Shown: positions 18,576 through 26,050 of the stretch, piece by piece
Position numbering within the stretch: the stretch's first letter is position 1
Layout: each line of letters begins with the position of its first letter
From: Actinomycetota bacterium
GTDB lineage: Bacteria; Actinomycetota; Acidimicrobiia; Acidimicrobiales; VFJN01
Direction: 5' to 3'
Assembly (NCBI GenBank): GCA_046734695.1
Contig: JBKPRS010000222.1
Span: forward strand, 1 to 40,323
Length of the DNA stretch: 40,323 bases
Notes under the pieces: generated by a model
Told to the model about the DNA's origin: nothing
Databases searched by the model: none
What the model saw: only the letters and a program-made list of their open reading frames with translations
Position numbers and translations under genes: made by a program

Positions 18576-20140
18576 GCCGTGAGCTCCTGGCGGAGCAGCG
18601 TGCGGTCGAACTTGCCGTTGGGTGAGCGGGGCAGCTCGGCGCGGACCACGATCTCGCGGGGCACCATGTACAGCGGCAGCTGTCCGCGGAGCTCGTCGAG
18701 CAGGGATGCGGCCTCGAACGCGGTGTCCGCCTTCGGGCTGACCACGAGCACCACGGCCTGGCCGAGGCGGTCGTCGTCCACGCCCAGGGCCACCGCGTCG
18801 CGGACGAGCCCGGTGCCGTAGGTGACCTCCTCGATCTCCGTCGGGGCGACCCGGTAGCCCGAGGTCTTGATCATGTCGTCCTTGCGGCCGACGAAGTAGA
18901 GGAAGCCCTCCTCGTCCCGCGTGACGATGTCCCCCGAGAACACCGCAGGCTCCGTGGTGCAGAGGCCGTCCTCGCGGTTGGGTGCGGGCCGGAAGCGCTC
19001 CGCCGTGCGCTCCGGATCGTTCCAGTAGCCCATCGCCACCAGCGCGCCGCGATGGACCAGCTCGCCCTCCTCGTTCGGATCGCAGAGCGAGCCGTCGTCC
19101 CGGACCACGAGGATCTCGGCGTCGGGGATCGCCTTGCCGATCGAGTCGGGCCGCCGGTCGACCTCGGCCGGGTCGAGGTAGGTGGAGCGGAACGCCTCGG
19201 TCAGGCCGTACATGAGGAACGGCGCGGCTCCGGGGAAGATGGCCCGCAGCCGATCGAGGGTGGCCCGGGGCATGCGTCCGCCGGTGTTGGCGAAGTAGCG
19301 CAGGGACGCGGAGGCCTGCGGGGTCCAGCGTTGCTCCGCGAGCTGGATCCACAACGGGGGCACGCATGTGAGCCCGGTCACCCCGTGCTTGGCGCACAGG
19401 CGGACCACATCGCCGGGCAGCAGGTAGTTCATGAGCACGACGTGCGCACCGGTGGAGAAGGCGGTCGTGAGCTGGCTGAAGCCGGCGTCGAAGCTGAGCG
19501 GCAGCGCCGCCAGGATCACGTCGTGGCAGTCGTTGCCCAGGTAGTGGCTGACGCTCTCGGCCCCCACGATGAGGTTGCGGTGCGAGAGGACGACGCCCTT
19601 GGGCCGCCCGGTGCTGCCCGACGTGTAGAGGATGGCCGCCATGTCGAGGTCGATCGCCCCGGCCTCGGCCGGCTCGGCACCCGACGAGGCCACCGTGGCC
19701 CAGTCGGTGATCTCGTAGCGGGCCCCGGGGCGGGCGGCTCGACCGTCGCCGACCAGGACGACCCGTTCGATCGTCTTGCACTCGGCGAGCTGGTCCTCGA
19801 GCTGGTCGAACCGGTCGGCCGAGGTGACCAGCACGCGAGCGCCGGAGTCGTCGATGATGTGGCCGACCTGGCGGGGCCGCAGCAGCGGGTTGACGGGGAC
19901 GAAGACGCCCCCGGCGATCGAGGTGCCGAACACGGAGACGACCGTCTCGACCCGCTTGTCCAGGTAGATGGCGACGCGGTGGCCGCGGCCGAGGCCGAGG
20001 CCCTGGAGCCCGGCGCCCAGGGCCGTGCAGCGCTGCCACAGCTCCCCGTAGGTGAGCGTGGTGGCCTTGAACGTCAGCGCCGGGCCGTCAGGGCGCCACG
20101 AAGCTGTCTCGGCGAGGATGTGGTGAAGTTGGCTGCGCAT
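18572..20140 (-). CDS. AMP-forming acyl-CoA/acyl-carrier-protein ligase (adenylate-forming ANL superfamily)
   Basis: 522 aa from the ATG at 20140 (MRSQLHHILAETASWRPDGPALTF). The core motifs are ILYTSGSTGRPKGV, GELVHRGALVAMGYW, SGDIVTRDEEGFLYFVGRKDDMIKTSGYRV and PRSPNGKFDR. Confidence 0.9.
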   Translation of the reverse strand: MRSQLHHILAETASWRPDGPALTFKATTLTYGELWQRCTALGAGLQGLGLGRGHRVAIYLDKRVETVVSVFGTSIAGGVFVPVNPLLRPRQVGHIIDDSGARVLVTSADRFDQLEDQLAECKTIERVVLVGDGRAARPGARYEITDWATVASSGAEPAEAGAIDLDMAAILYTSGSTGRPKGVVLSHRNLIVGAESVSHYLGNDCHDVILAALPLSFDAGFSQLTTAFSTGAHVVLMNYLLPGDVVRLCAKHGVTGLTCVPPLWIQLAEQRWTPQASASLRYFANTGGRMPRATLDRLRAIFPGAAPFLMYGLTEAFRSTYLDPAEVDRRPDSIGKAIPDAEILVVRDDGSLCDPNEEGELVHRGALVAMGYWNDPERTAERFRPAPNREDGLCTTEPAVFSGDIVTRDEEGFLYFVGRKDDMIKTSGYRVAPTEIEEVTYGTGLVRDAVALGVDDDRLGQAVVLVVSPKADTAFEAASLLDELRGQLPLYMVPREIVVRAELPRSPNGKFDRTLLRQELTA

Positions 20141-20209
20141 GTGCCTGCTCGTGCGGGGGCCGGGGACCCCTCCGCCGGATCCCGGTCGGGGAACAGTCTT
20201 GCCGACCAG

Positions 20210-20250
20210 GCTGAAGTGGCGCTGAGGGGCGCCTGAAGTCAGCCTAAAGC
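20210..20250 (-). promoter_or_regulatory. Phased YTCAG direct-repeat array D (three units) plus an A/T element
   Basis: The plus strand reads GCTGAAGtggcGCTGAGgggcgcCTGAAGtcaGCCTAAAGC. CTGA cores sit at 20211, 20222 and 20233 (spacing 11, 11). The array lies in the divergent gap between the ligase operon (start 20140) and the GNAT gene (start 20310). Confidence 0.5.
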
Positions 20251-20309
20251 CCCGCCTCCGGGCAACGCCGAGTGGACAGGGCGTGAGTGGGAGGCAACAC
20301 AATGGGCGG

Positions 20310-21173
20310 ATGGCCGTGCGCGTGCAACCCATCAGCGACGACGACCTCGCCCGCGTGGCCGAGTTCTTCCACACCCACCTCAACCAGCGCGTGCCGGCAG
20401 CCGCGTGGGTCGCGGCCTTCACGCCGCCTTGGACCTTCGAGCAGCCCAACCATGGCTTCATGCTGCTCGACGACGCCGGGGCGGTCATCGGGGCCTACGC
20501 CGCGCTGTACTCCGAACGCACGCTCGCGGACCGGCAGGAGAGGATCTGCAACCTGGCGGCGTGGTGCGTGCGCGAGGACCAGCGGTTCCACAGTCTCCGG
20601 CTGCTCAAGGCGCTGCTCGCCCAGGAGGGCTACACGTTCACGGACCTCTCGCCCAGCGGGAACGTCGTGCCGCTCAACGCCCGCCTCGGCTTCACCGAGC
20701 TCGACCCCACCACGGTGCTCGTGCCCACGCTGCCCTGGCCGCCACGGCGCGGCGTCCGGGTGAGCTCGGATCCCGACGCCGTGAGCGCGGCGCTCTCCGG
20801 CGGCCAGCGGGACCTGTACCGGGACCACGCCGGCCTGGCGGGCGCCCGCCACGCCATCCTGGTCGAGGGCGACCGGTCGTGCTGGGTAGTGTTCCGCATG
20901 GATCGGCGCAAGCAACTGCCGCCGGTGTTCGCCTCCATCCTCCATGTCAGCGACCGGGACCTCTTCCGCCGGCGGATCCGCTCCGTCGCCAGCCACCTCC
21001 TGGTTCACCACCGGGCCGCCGCCCTGCTGATCGAACACCGGGTGACCGGCCCGCTCGCGGTATGGCCCCGGTTCACGGTGGGGGCGCCGAGGCGGAAGAT
21101 GGTCCTGAGCTCGACGATGCCCGCCGACCAGGTGGACTACTTCTACTCCGAGCTCATGTGCCTGTCGTGGTAG
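20310..21173 (+). CDS. GNAT-fold acyltransferase-like protein (two-lobed, ~287 aa)
   Basis: The track ORF is 20283..21173. I prefer the ATG at 20310 (MAVRVQPISDDDLARVAEFF). The N-terminal half is GNAT-like: GFMLLDDAGAVIGAYAALYSER...ICNLAAWCVREDQRFHSLRLLKALL...ARLGF. Its 3' end overlaps the convergent GT2 gene by 20 nt. Confidence 0.7.
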   Translation: MAVRVQPISDDDLARVAEFFHTHLNQRVPAAAWVAAFTPPWTFEQPNHGFMLLDDAGAVIGAYAALYSERTLADRQERICNLAAWCVREDQRFHSLRLLKALLAQEGYTFTDLSPSGNVVPLNARLGFTELDPTTVLVPTLPWPPRRGVRVSSDPDAVSAALSGGQRDLYRDHAGLAGARHAILVEGDRSCWVVFRMDRRKQLPPVFASILHVSDRDLFRRRIRSVASHLLVHHRAAALLIEHRVTGPLAVWPRFTVGAPRRKMVLSSTMPADQVDYFYSELMCLSW

Positions 21174-22203
21174 CGGGCCGGAGCCCGGCGAGCGCCCGGA
21201 CCTCCCGGTAGCGCTTCAGCACGCGCAGGAAGTGCTCGTGTCGGGCCGTGGCCTCCTGGCGGCGCTCGTCGTTGCGCGTCGTCGAGGCCACGGCCCAGAA
21301 ACCGGCCGCCCGGCTGGCGGCATGGGCCCACAGCAGGCCCGACATCGCCCAGCCCGCGAGATGCCCGTCGTGGTGGTCGGCGTAGCGGACCAGCCCGGCC
21401 ATGCCGAGGAGGTCCCGCCGCTCGCTGAGCTTGCGCCCGGCCACGCCGTCGAGATGGATGATGTCGCCCACCGGGGCGAAGCGCAGGACCCAGCCTCGGT
21501 CGCGCATCCTGCGGCACCAGTCCGCTTCCTCGCCGCAGAAGAAGTATCCGTCGTCGAGCAGCCCGACATCGTCGACCAGCTCCCGGCGCGTCGCCAGGTA
21601 GCAGCCCGTCACCACCTCGACGTCGCGCTCGCTGTCGCGGTGCCAGTGCGTCATGCGCTCCCGGCCGAGGAAGCGGGGCCACGGCAGCTTGGCCAGCCCG
21701 GTCAGGCCCAGGAAGGTGTTCAGGACGGACGGGTCGCGGAAGCACGAGGGCTGCAGGCTGCCGTCGGCGTTGAGGACCCGGCAGCCCAGCGTCCCGACGT
21801 CCGGATGCTCGTCGAGATAGCGGACCGTGGCGGCCAGCACGTCGTCGAGCACGATCGTGTCCGGGTTGAGGAGGAGGACGTAGCGACCCGTCGCCAGCTC
21901 GAGCCCCGCATTGCAGCCCGCGGCGAACCCGAGGTTCTCGGGGTTGCGGACGAGCCGCGCGTCAGGGAAGCGCTCCGCCACCATGTCGGCCGAGCCGTCG
22001 CCGGAGGCGTTGTCGACCACGACCAGCTCCGCCGAGATGCCCCGCACCCCGGCCACCACCGACTCCAGGCAGGCCTGGAGCTCGTCGCAGGTGTTCCAGC
22101 TGACGAGGATCACCGACAAGTCGGGGGACGACCACCGGGCCGCGCCGGGGGATGGCGCGGCCGCCGGTACGCGGGCGGATCGCACCGAGCTCGGTGGCGT
22201 CAT
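21154..22203 (-). CDS. Glycosyltransferase family 2
   Basis: 349 aa from the ATG at 22203, which overlaps the upstream stop (ATGA, 22200-22203). Motifs are LSVILVSWNTCDELQACLESV, VVVDNASGDGSADMV, NLGFAAGCNAGL and LLLNPDTIV. Confidence 0.9.
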   Translation of the reverse strand: MTPPSSVRSARVPAAAPSPGAARWSSPDLSVILVSWNTCDELQACLESVVAGVRGISAELVVVDNASGDGSADMVAERFPDARLVRNPENLGFAAGCNAGLELATGRYVLLLNPDTIVLDDVLAATVRYLDEHPDVGTLGCRVLNADGSLQPSCFRDPSVLNTFLGLTGLAKLPWPRFLGRERMTHWHRDSERDVEVVTGCYLATRRELVDDVGLLDDGYFFCGEEADWCRRMRDRGWVLRFAPVGDIIHLDGVAGRKLSERRDLLGMAGLVRYADHHDGHLAGWAMSGLLWAHAASRAAGFWAVASTTRNDERRQEATARHEHFLRVLKRYREVRALAGLRPATTTGT

Positions 22204-23843
22204 GGGCCCACTTCGGCGGTATGCCGCAGGGCCGCTGAGGGATCGGCCGGCGTCGGGGCGGTCGACGCCGACCGTCGCAGGGCGCTTAGGCCCCGGCGAA
22301 GGATGGCGGGCACGGTGTCGATCATGACTGCGATGTCCATCGCCACCGACCAGTTGTCCACGTAGAAGAGATCGAGCCGCCGGTACTCGTCGAACGAGGC
22401 CTTGTGGTTGGCCTCGACCTGCCACAGGCCGGTGAGCCCGGGCTTGACGATGTGCCGCCGCTTCAGCTCGTCGTCGAACTCGGCGATCTCCGACGGGAGG
22501 GCGGGGCGAGGCCCGACGATGCTCATGCGCCCGGTGAGCACGTTGATCAGCTGGGGCAGCTCGTCGATCGCGGTGGCGCGGAGCACGCTGCCGATCGGCG
22601 TGATCCGGGGATCGCTCGACACCTTGAACAGCGGGCCGTGGCGCTCGTTGCGATGACGCAGCTCGGAGAGCCGAGCCTCGGCGTCGACCTCCATCGTGCG
22701 CATCTTGACCAGCGTGAACGGCTCCCCGTCGCGGCCGATGCGGATCTGGCGGAACAGCACCGGCCCCCGGTCGTTCAGCTTGATCAGCAGGGCGGCCACC
22801 GCCATGACCGGAGCGGTCAGCACCAGGAGCAGCGCGGCCATCACGATGTCGAGCGCCCGCTTGACGGCGAGCTGCGTCCTCGAGTGGTGGGGCGGGCGCA
22901 CCAGCGAGAAGGGCTCGTGGGCCAGCGGTATCGTCTGGAGGCGGGCGCCGGAGACGCCGGTGAGGCCCGTGGACAGGTAGACGGCGGTGCCGGACGCGCT
23001 CAGCTCGACGACGAGCTGGTTCAGCGTGGGGCTTCCCAGCCCGTTCACCGCCACGAGGACCCCCGCAGCGCCGGTGCGGCGCACGACGTCGCCGGCGTGC
23101 TCGAGGCCGCCCAGGAACGGCGCGCTCACGGCGACGGTGCCGCTCGGCACGGGACGATCGCCGACGATCCCTATGGCGTCGAAGCCGGCCTCGGGGTTGA
23201 GCTCCAGGAACTCGACGAGCGCGGCGGCCTCGGCGGCCTCCCCGGCGACCACGACGGCGACCCGGAAGTCACCGCGTGCCCGCCTGCTCACGAGCCACAC
23301 GTCGAAGCAGTAACGGGCCGATGTGGCGACCACCAGCGACGCTGCCAGCGACGTCAGCACGAGCACCGGGGCCGTGTCACCCAGCAGCGCCTGCCCGGCG
23401 AGGGTGGCGAGCCCCGACAGGCCCAGGCTCAACAGCACGCGGCCGAGGGCGCCGGAGCGCACGCCGCTGAGCGGATGACGGTAGAGGTCGAGGGCTGAGA
23501 AGCAGAGGAGAGAGGAGACCACGCCGAGCGCGATCGTGGCGAGGACGGCGCCGGCACCCCAGGGGAGGTCCCGGCCCGCGCCCGCGAGGGCCCAGCCCAG
23601 CGACCACCCGAGGAGCAGGGACACGGCGTCGACGACGAGGAGCTGGCGACCGGGCGCGACGGGCACCCGCGCGGTCGTGTGCTCGGGCCGGTCTGCGCCG
23701 GCCGGGGCGAGGTCCGGGCCGCCCGCCGTCAGCGTCGCGGACGCCAAAGCGACGTGTGTGGCATGTCCCCGGGCGGGTATGGCCCGCGGCTCGTCCCGTT
23801 CGTGAAGGAGAAGCAATCTCGACTCTCGTGTACCGCCGCCCAT
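22200..23843 (-). CDS. Polyprenyl-phosphate glycosyl-1-phosphate transferase (WbaP/EpsB-type priming sugar transferase)
   Basis: 547-aa ORF with N-terminal TM helices and a central Rossmann-like region. The bacterial sugar transferase domain reads KRALDIVMAALLLVLTAPVMAVAALLIKLNDRGPVLFRQIRIGRDGEPFTLVKMRTM...DELPQLINVLTGRMSIVGPRP...KPGLTGLWQV. Confidence 0.9.
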   Translation of the reverse strand: MGGGTRESRLLLLHERDEPRAIPARGHATHVALASATLTAGGPDLAPAGADRPEHTTARVPVAPGRQLLVVDAVSLLLGWSLGWALAGAGRDLPWGAGAVLATIALGVVSSLLCFSALDLYRHPLSGVRSGALGRVLLSLGLSGLATLAGQALLGDTAPVLVLTSLAASLVVATSARYCFDVWLVSRRARGDFRVAVVVAGEAAEAAALVEFLELNPEAGFDAIGIVGDRPVPSGTVAVSAPFLGGLEHAGDVVRRTGAAGVLVAVNGLGSPTLNQLVVELSASGTAVYLSTGLTGVSGARLQTIPLAHEPFSLVRPPHHSRTQLAVKRALDIVMAALLLVLTAPVMAVAALLIKLNDRGPVLFRQIRIGRDGEPFTLVKMRTMEVDAEARLSELRHRNERHGPLFKVSSDPRITPIGSVLRATAIDELPQLINVLTGRMSIVGPRPALPSEIAEFDDELKRRHIVKPGLTGLWQVEANHKASFDEYRRLDLFYVDNWSVAMDIAVMIDTVPAILRRGLSALRRSASTAPTPADPSAALRHTAEVGP

Positions 23844-23889
23844 GTCCGCCCTTCCGCCCTTGCCTCGTGTCCGACTGTCGCAACCAGGT

Positions 23890-23929
23890 CTGAAGTGCTG
23901 CTGAAGCCGTGCTGAGGGTTGCCTTAACC
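23890..23929 (-). promoter_or_regulatory. Phased YTCAG direct-repeat array B (three units) plus an A/T element
   Basis: The plus strand reads CTGAAGtgctgCTGAAGccgtgCTGAGggttGCCTTAACC. CTGA cores sit at 23890, 23901 and 23912 (spacing 11, 11). The array lies 47 nt upstream of the priming-transferase ATG (23843). Confidence 0.5.
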
Positions 23930-23974
23930 GTGGCCGCCCCCGGAGTGGAGCCGGCCGGGCCCGCGGCCGCGCGC

Positions 23975-23996
23975 GAGCACCGACGGTGCCGTGCTC
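23975..23996 (-). terminator. Candidate stem-loop downstream of the response regulator gene (no U-tract)
   Basis: GAGCAC(23975-23980) pairs with GTGCTC(23991-23996). An alternative is GCACC-gac-GGTGC at 23977-23989. It lies 22-43 nt past the TAG at 24018-24020. The evidence is weak. Confidence 0.25.
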
Positions 23997-24017
23997 CGTC
24001 TGCGAGCCCGTTCCGCG

Positions 24018-24824
24018 CTAGATCAGCGCGAGCGAGCGCCGCCGCAGCGGCCGGAAGGCGCTGCTGTGCCGCGCCTCGCACCGGCTCCGGCGGTGTGCCC
24101 TGGTCCTCGCCGGCTTGGCCGCAGGCTCGACGCCCTCGACCGGCCGCAGTGCATAGCCCGCGCCGCGCACGGTGTGGATGATCCGGGGACCGGCACTCTC
24201 GAGCTTGCGCCGCAGCGCCGAGACGTGCACCTCGACCAGGTTCACCTTGTGCTGGTCGAAGCCCCACACCATGGTGAGGAGCTGGGTCTTCGACAGGACC
24301 TGGCTGCGGTGCCGGGAGAAGGTCGCCAGCAGGGCGAACTCGATGGCGGTCAGCTCGACGGGCGTACCGGCCCGCTCGACCGTGTGCGCCGCCTCGTCGA
24401 TCACGAGGTCACCCAGCTCGATGACCGGGGAGCTCGACCCGTTCCGCCGGGTCAGCGCGGTCACCTTGCAGGCAAGCTCGGACAGGACGAACGGCTTCGC
24501 CATCACCTCGTCGGCGCCAGCCCGCAACGCGACGAGCCGGTCCTCGAGCTGCGTCGCCGCACTGAGCACCACGAGAGGGATGTCGGTCACGATCCGGATC
24601 CGGTCGACGACCGGCCGTTCGTCCACACCTTCGCTCTCGGCGTCGATCACCAGCAGCTGCGGTCGCAGCTCCGGGAGCAGCCGTTCGGCCGAGCGCCACG
24701 ACGCCGTGCGCTCGACCACATGATTGTCATTTCGCAGAGTGTGCACGATTGCTTCTGCGAGAAACTCGTCCCCGCTTATCACGAGAACGCGCGCGCCATT
24801 AGCGCCTTGTCCGCCCGTTGACAT
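24018..24824 (-). CDS. OmpR/PhoB-family winged-helix response regulator (orphan, with no adjacent histidine kinase)
   Basis: 268-aa ORF. The receiver has RVLVISGDEF, the phospho-Asp context QLLVIDAESEG, VVLSA and MAKPF. The winged-helix region reads LGDLVIDEAAHTVERAGTPVELTAIEFALLATFSRHRSQVLSKTQLL...VEVHVSALRRKLE...IHTVRGAGYALR. A ~40-aa basic tail follows. Confidence 0.9.
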   Translation of the reverse strand: MSTGGQGANGARVLVISGDEFLAEAIVHTLRNDNHVVERTASWRSAERLLPELRPQLLVIDAESEGVDERPVVDRIRIVTDIPLVVLSAATQLEDRLVALRAGADEVMAKPFVLSELACKVTALTRRNGSSSPVIELGDLVIDEAAHTVERAGTPVELTAIEFALLATFSRHRSQVLSKTQLLTMVWGFDQHKVNLVEVHVSALRRKLESAGPRIIHTVRGAGYALRPVEGVEPAAKPARTRAHRRSRCEARHSSAFRPLRRRSLALI

Positions 24825-24886
24825 TGACCCGCCCTTCTAAAGCAAACGGTGTACCGCCGTTCGCAGGTGTCCCAACCAGCCCATGC

Positions 24887-24927
24887 CTGTGCCCTATGGA
24901 CTGTGGGCGGCAGCATAGAAGGCACAG
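24887..24927. promoter_or_regulatory. Imperfect 41-nt palindrome/stem-loop upstream of the response regulator gene
   Basis: CTGTGCC-CTATG-ga-CTG-tgggcgg-CAG-CATAG-aa-GGCACAG, giving 15 potential base pairs. It lies 63-103 nt upstream of the regulator ATG (24824). Confidence 0.35.
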
Positions 24928-25084
24928 CGCGGCCACACAAGTCACCTCGGTGTCGCGAGCTTGCCGAAACCGCTCCCCGTGCTGGATCGGCGGTGTCAGC
25001 GGGGCGATCGCCGCGAACGGTGGCAGACCCGTGTGGCCGGCGCAACCCGTACGACTCTCTGCGTCCGACGGTGCCCCCGGTCGG

Positions 25085-26005
25085 TCAGTCGGAGAACACC
25101 CTGGCGTGGGCGGCCCGCCGGACGTCCAGGGGCGTGTACGACTTCGCCGAGATCATGTACGCGACGTCATGCGAGCCCGCCGACGCGATCATCTCCGCCG
25201 CGCTGTCCACGGTGAGCGGGTCGCTGCCCCAATACGTGTGGCACTGCGAGTCAGATGTGGTGACCAGACCCTTGGCTTGCTCCATCTCGTCCGCGTACAC
25301 GCCGTACAGCATGCATTCGGAGAAATGCAGCTCCCTGCCCACCGCCGCCAGCCAGTCGCGCCCGGTCACCTCCTCGACTCGGGCCAGCATCCGGCCGACG
25401 ACCTCGCGGTCCCAGCTGTTGAGTGCGGTGACGTAGTCGGGCAGGGGAGGTGGCGGGGCGGCCGGCAGTCCGAGGAGCCGGCGCGAGACCGAGTGCCAGA
25501 GCACGTGGCGCGTGAGCGAGCTGTCGACGCCGTCGTCCAACCGGAACAGCCTCACGTGCCCCCCCGGAGCGAACGTCTCCTCCGTCACCGGGCGGATGAA
25601 CACGATGTCCGAGTCGGCGGTGACGACCACTCGCTCGGCTACCTGAGAGGCGACCGCCAGCTTGACCAGCTGCTGGACGATCCACCCCCGGAGGGGAGGG
25701 AGCGGCCGTCGCACGTTCAGCCACAGCTTGGTCCACGGCAGGGCCCGCACGGAGCCCGGCAGCACGTCGCGGACCCCGAGCACCTCGCAGCGCGGTCCGG
25801 CGAACCGGCGGAAGGGCGCCACGTCCGGCTGGGTGACGATGACCAGGTGGCGCACGTCCTCGGGGAAGCATCGCAGCACCGACGCGTGGAGGTCGGTGAA
25901 CAGCTCCAGGTCGGGGGCGTACGTCGGCGTGACGACGACCATCCCCCCGCCGGCGTCCTCCGAGCGGCCCGTGGTGATGCGGGATTCGGCGCGCTCTGCA
26001 GCCAT
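25085..26005 (-). CDS. Hypothetical protein, possible nucleotide-diphospho-sugar-transferase-like enzyme
   Basis: 306-aa ORF with a non-repetitive, enzyme-like composition: MVVVTPTYAPDLELF..., LRGWIVQQLVKLAVA, VVVTADSDIVFIRP. The GW..QQ..KL segment reminds me of uncharacterised DUF-type proteins in polysaccharide loci, but the family assignment is unverified. An alternative ATG is at 25942. Confidence 0.7.
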   Translation of the reverse strand: MAAERAESRITTGRSEDAGGGMVVVTPTYAPDLELFTDLHASVLRCFPEDVRHLVIVTQPDVAPFRRFAGPRCEVLGVRDVLPGSVRALPWTKLWLNVRRPLPPLRGWIVQQLVKLAVASQVAERVVVTADSDIVFIRPVTEETFAPGGHVRLFRLDDGVDSSLTRHVLWHSVSRRLLGLPAAPPPPLPDYVTALNSWDREVVGRMLARVEEVTGRDWLAAVGRELHFSECMLYGVYADEMEQAKGLVTTSDSQCHTYWGSDPLTVDSAAEMIASAGSHDVAYMISAKSYTPLDVRRAAHARVFSD

Positions 26006-26050
26006 CGACGCCGACCCTAACCCGCCTCGGGATCCGTGCCCGTTCCCGGC

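Noticed and set aside
17065-20488. The full lengths of track ORFs 17065..18165, 17331..20039 and 18572..20488 as genes
   Set aside because: Only the 3' portions carry carrier-protein, decarboxylase and ligase motifs. The 5' portions are out-of-frame read-through over the upstream gene and are Arg/Pro/Gly-rich. I trimmed them to starts that create 4-nt overlaps (17334, 18575) or a clean ATG (20140). The same trimming was applied to 32326..33327, 34000..35427, 38431..39459, 38829..39617 and 21154..22425.
23909-24821. Plus-strand ORFs (23909..24181, 23991..24821) that could be driven rightward from the array B / GCCTTAACC element
   Set aside because: They are antisense to the well-supported response-regulator gene. 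Their composition is Arg/Ala/Pro-rich and they have no motifs. The array orientation is better explained by the minus-strand transferase gene.
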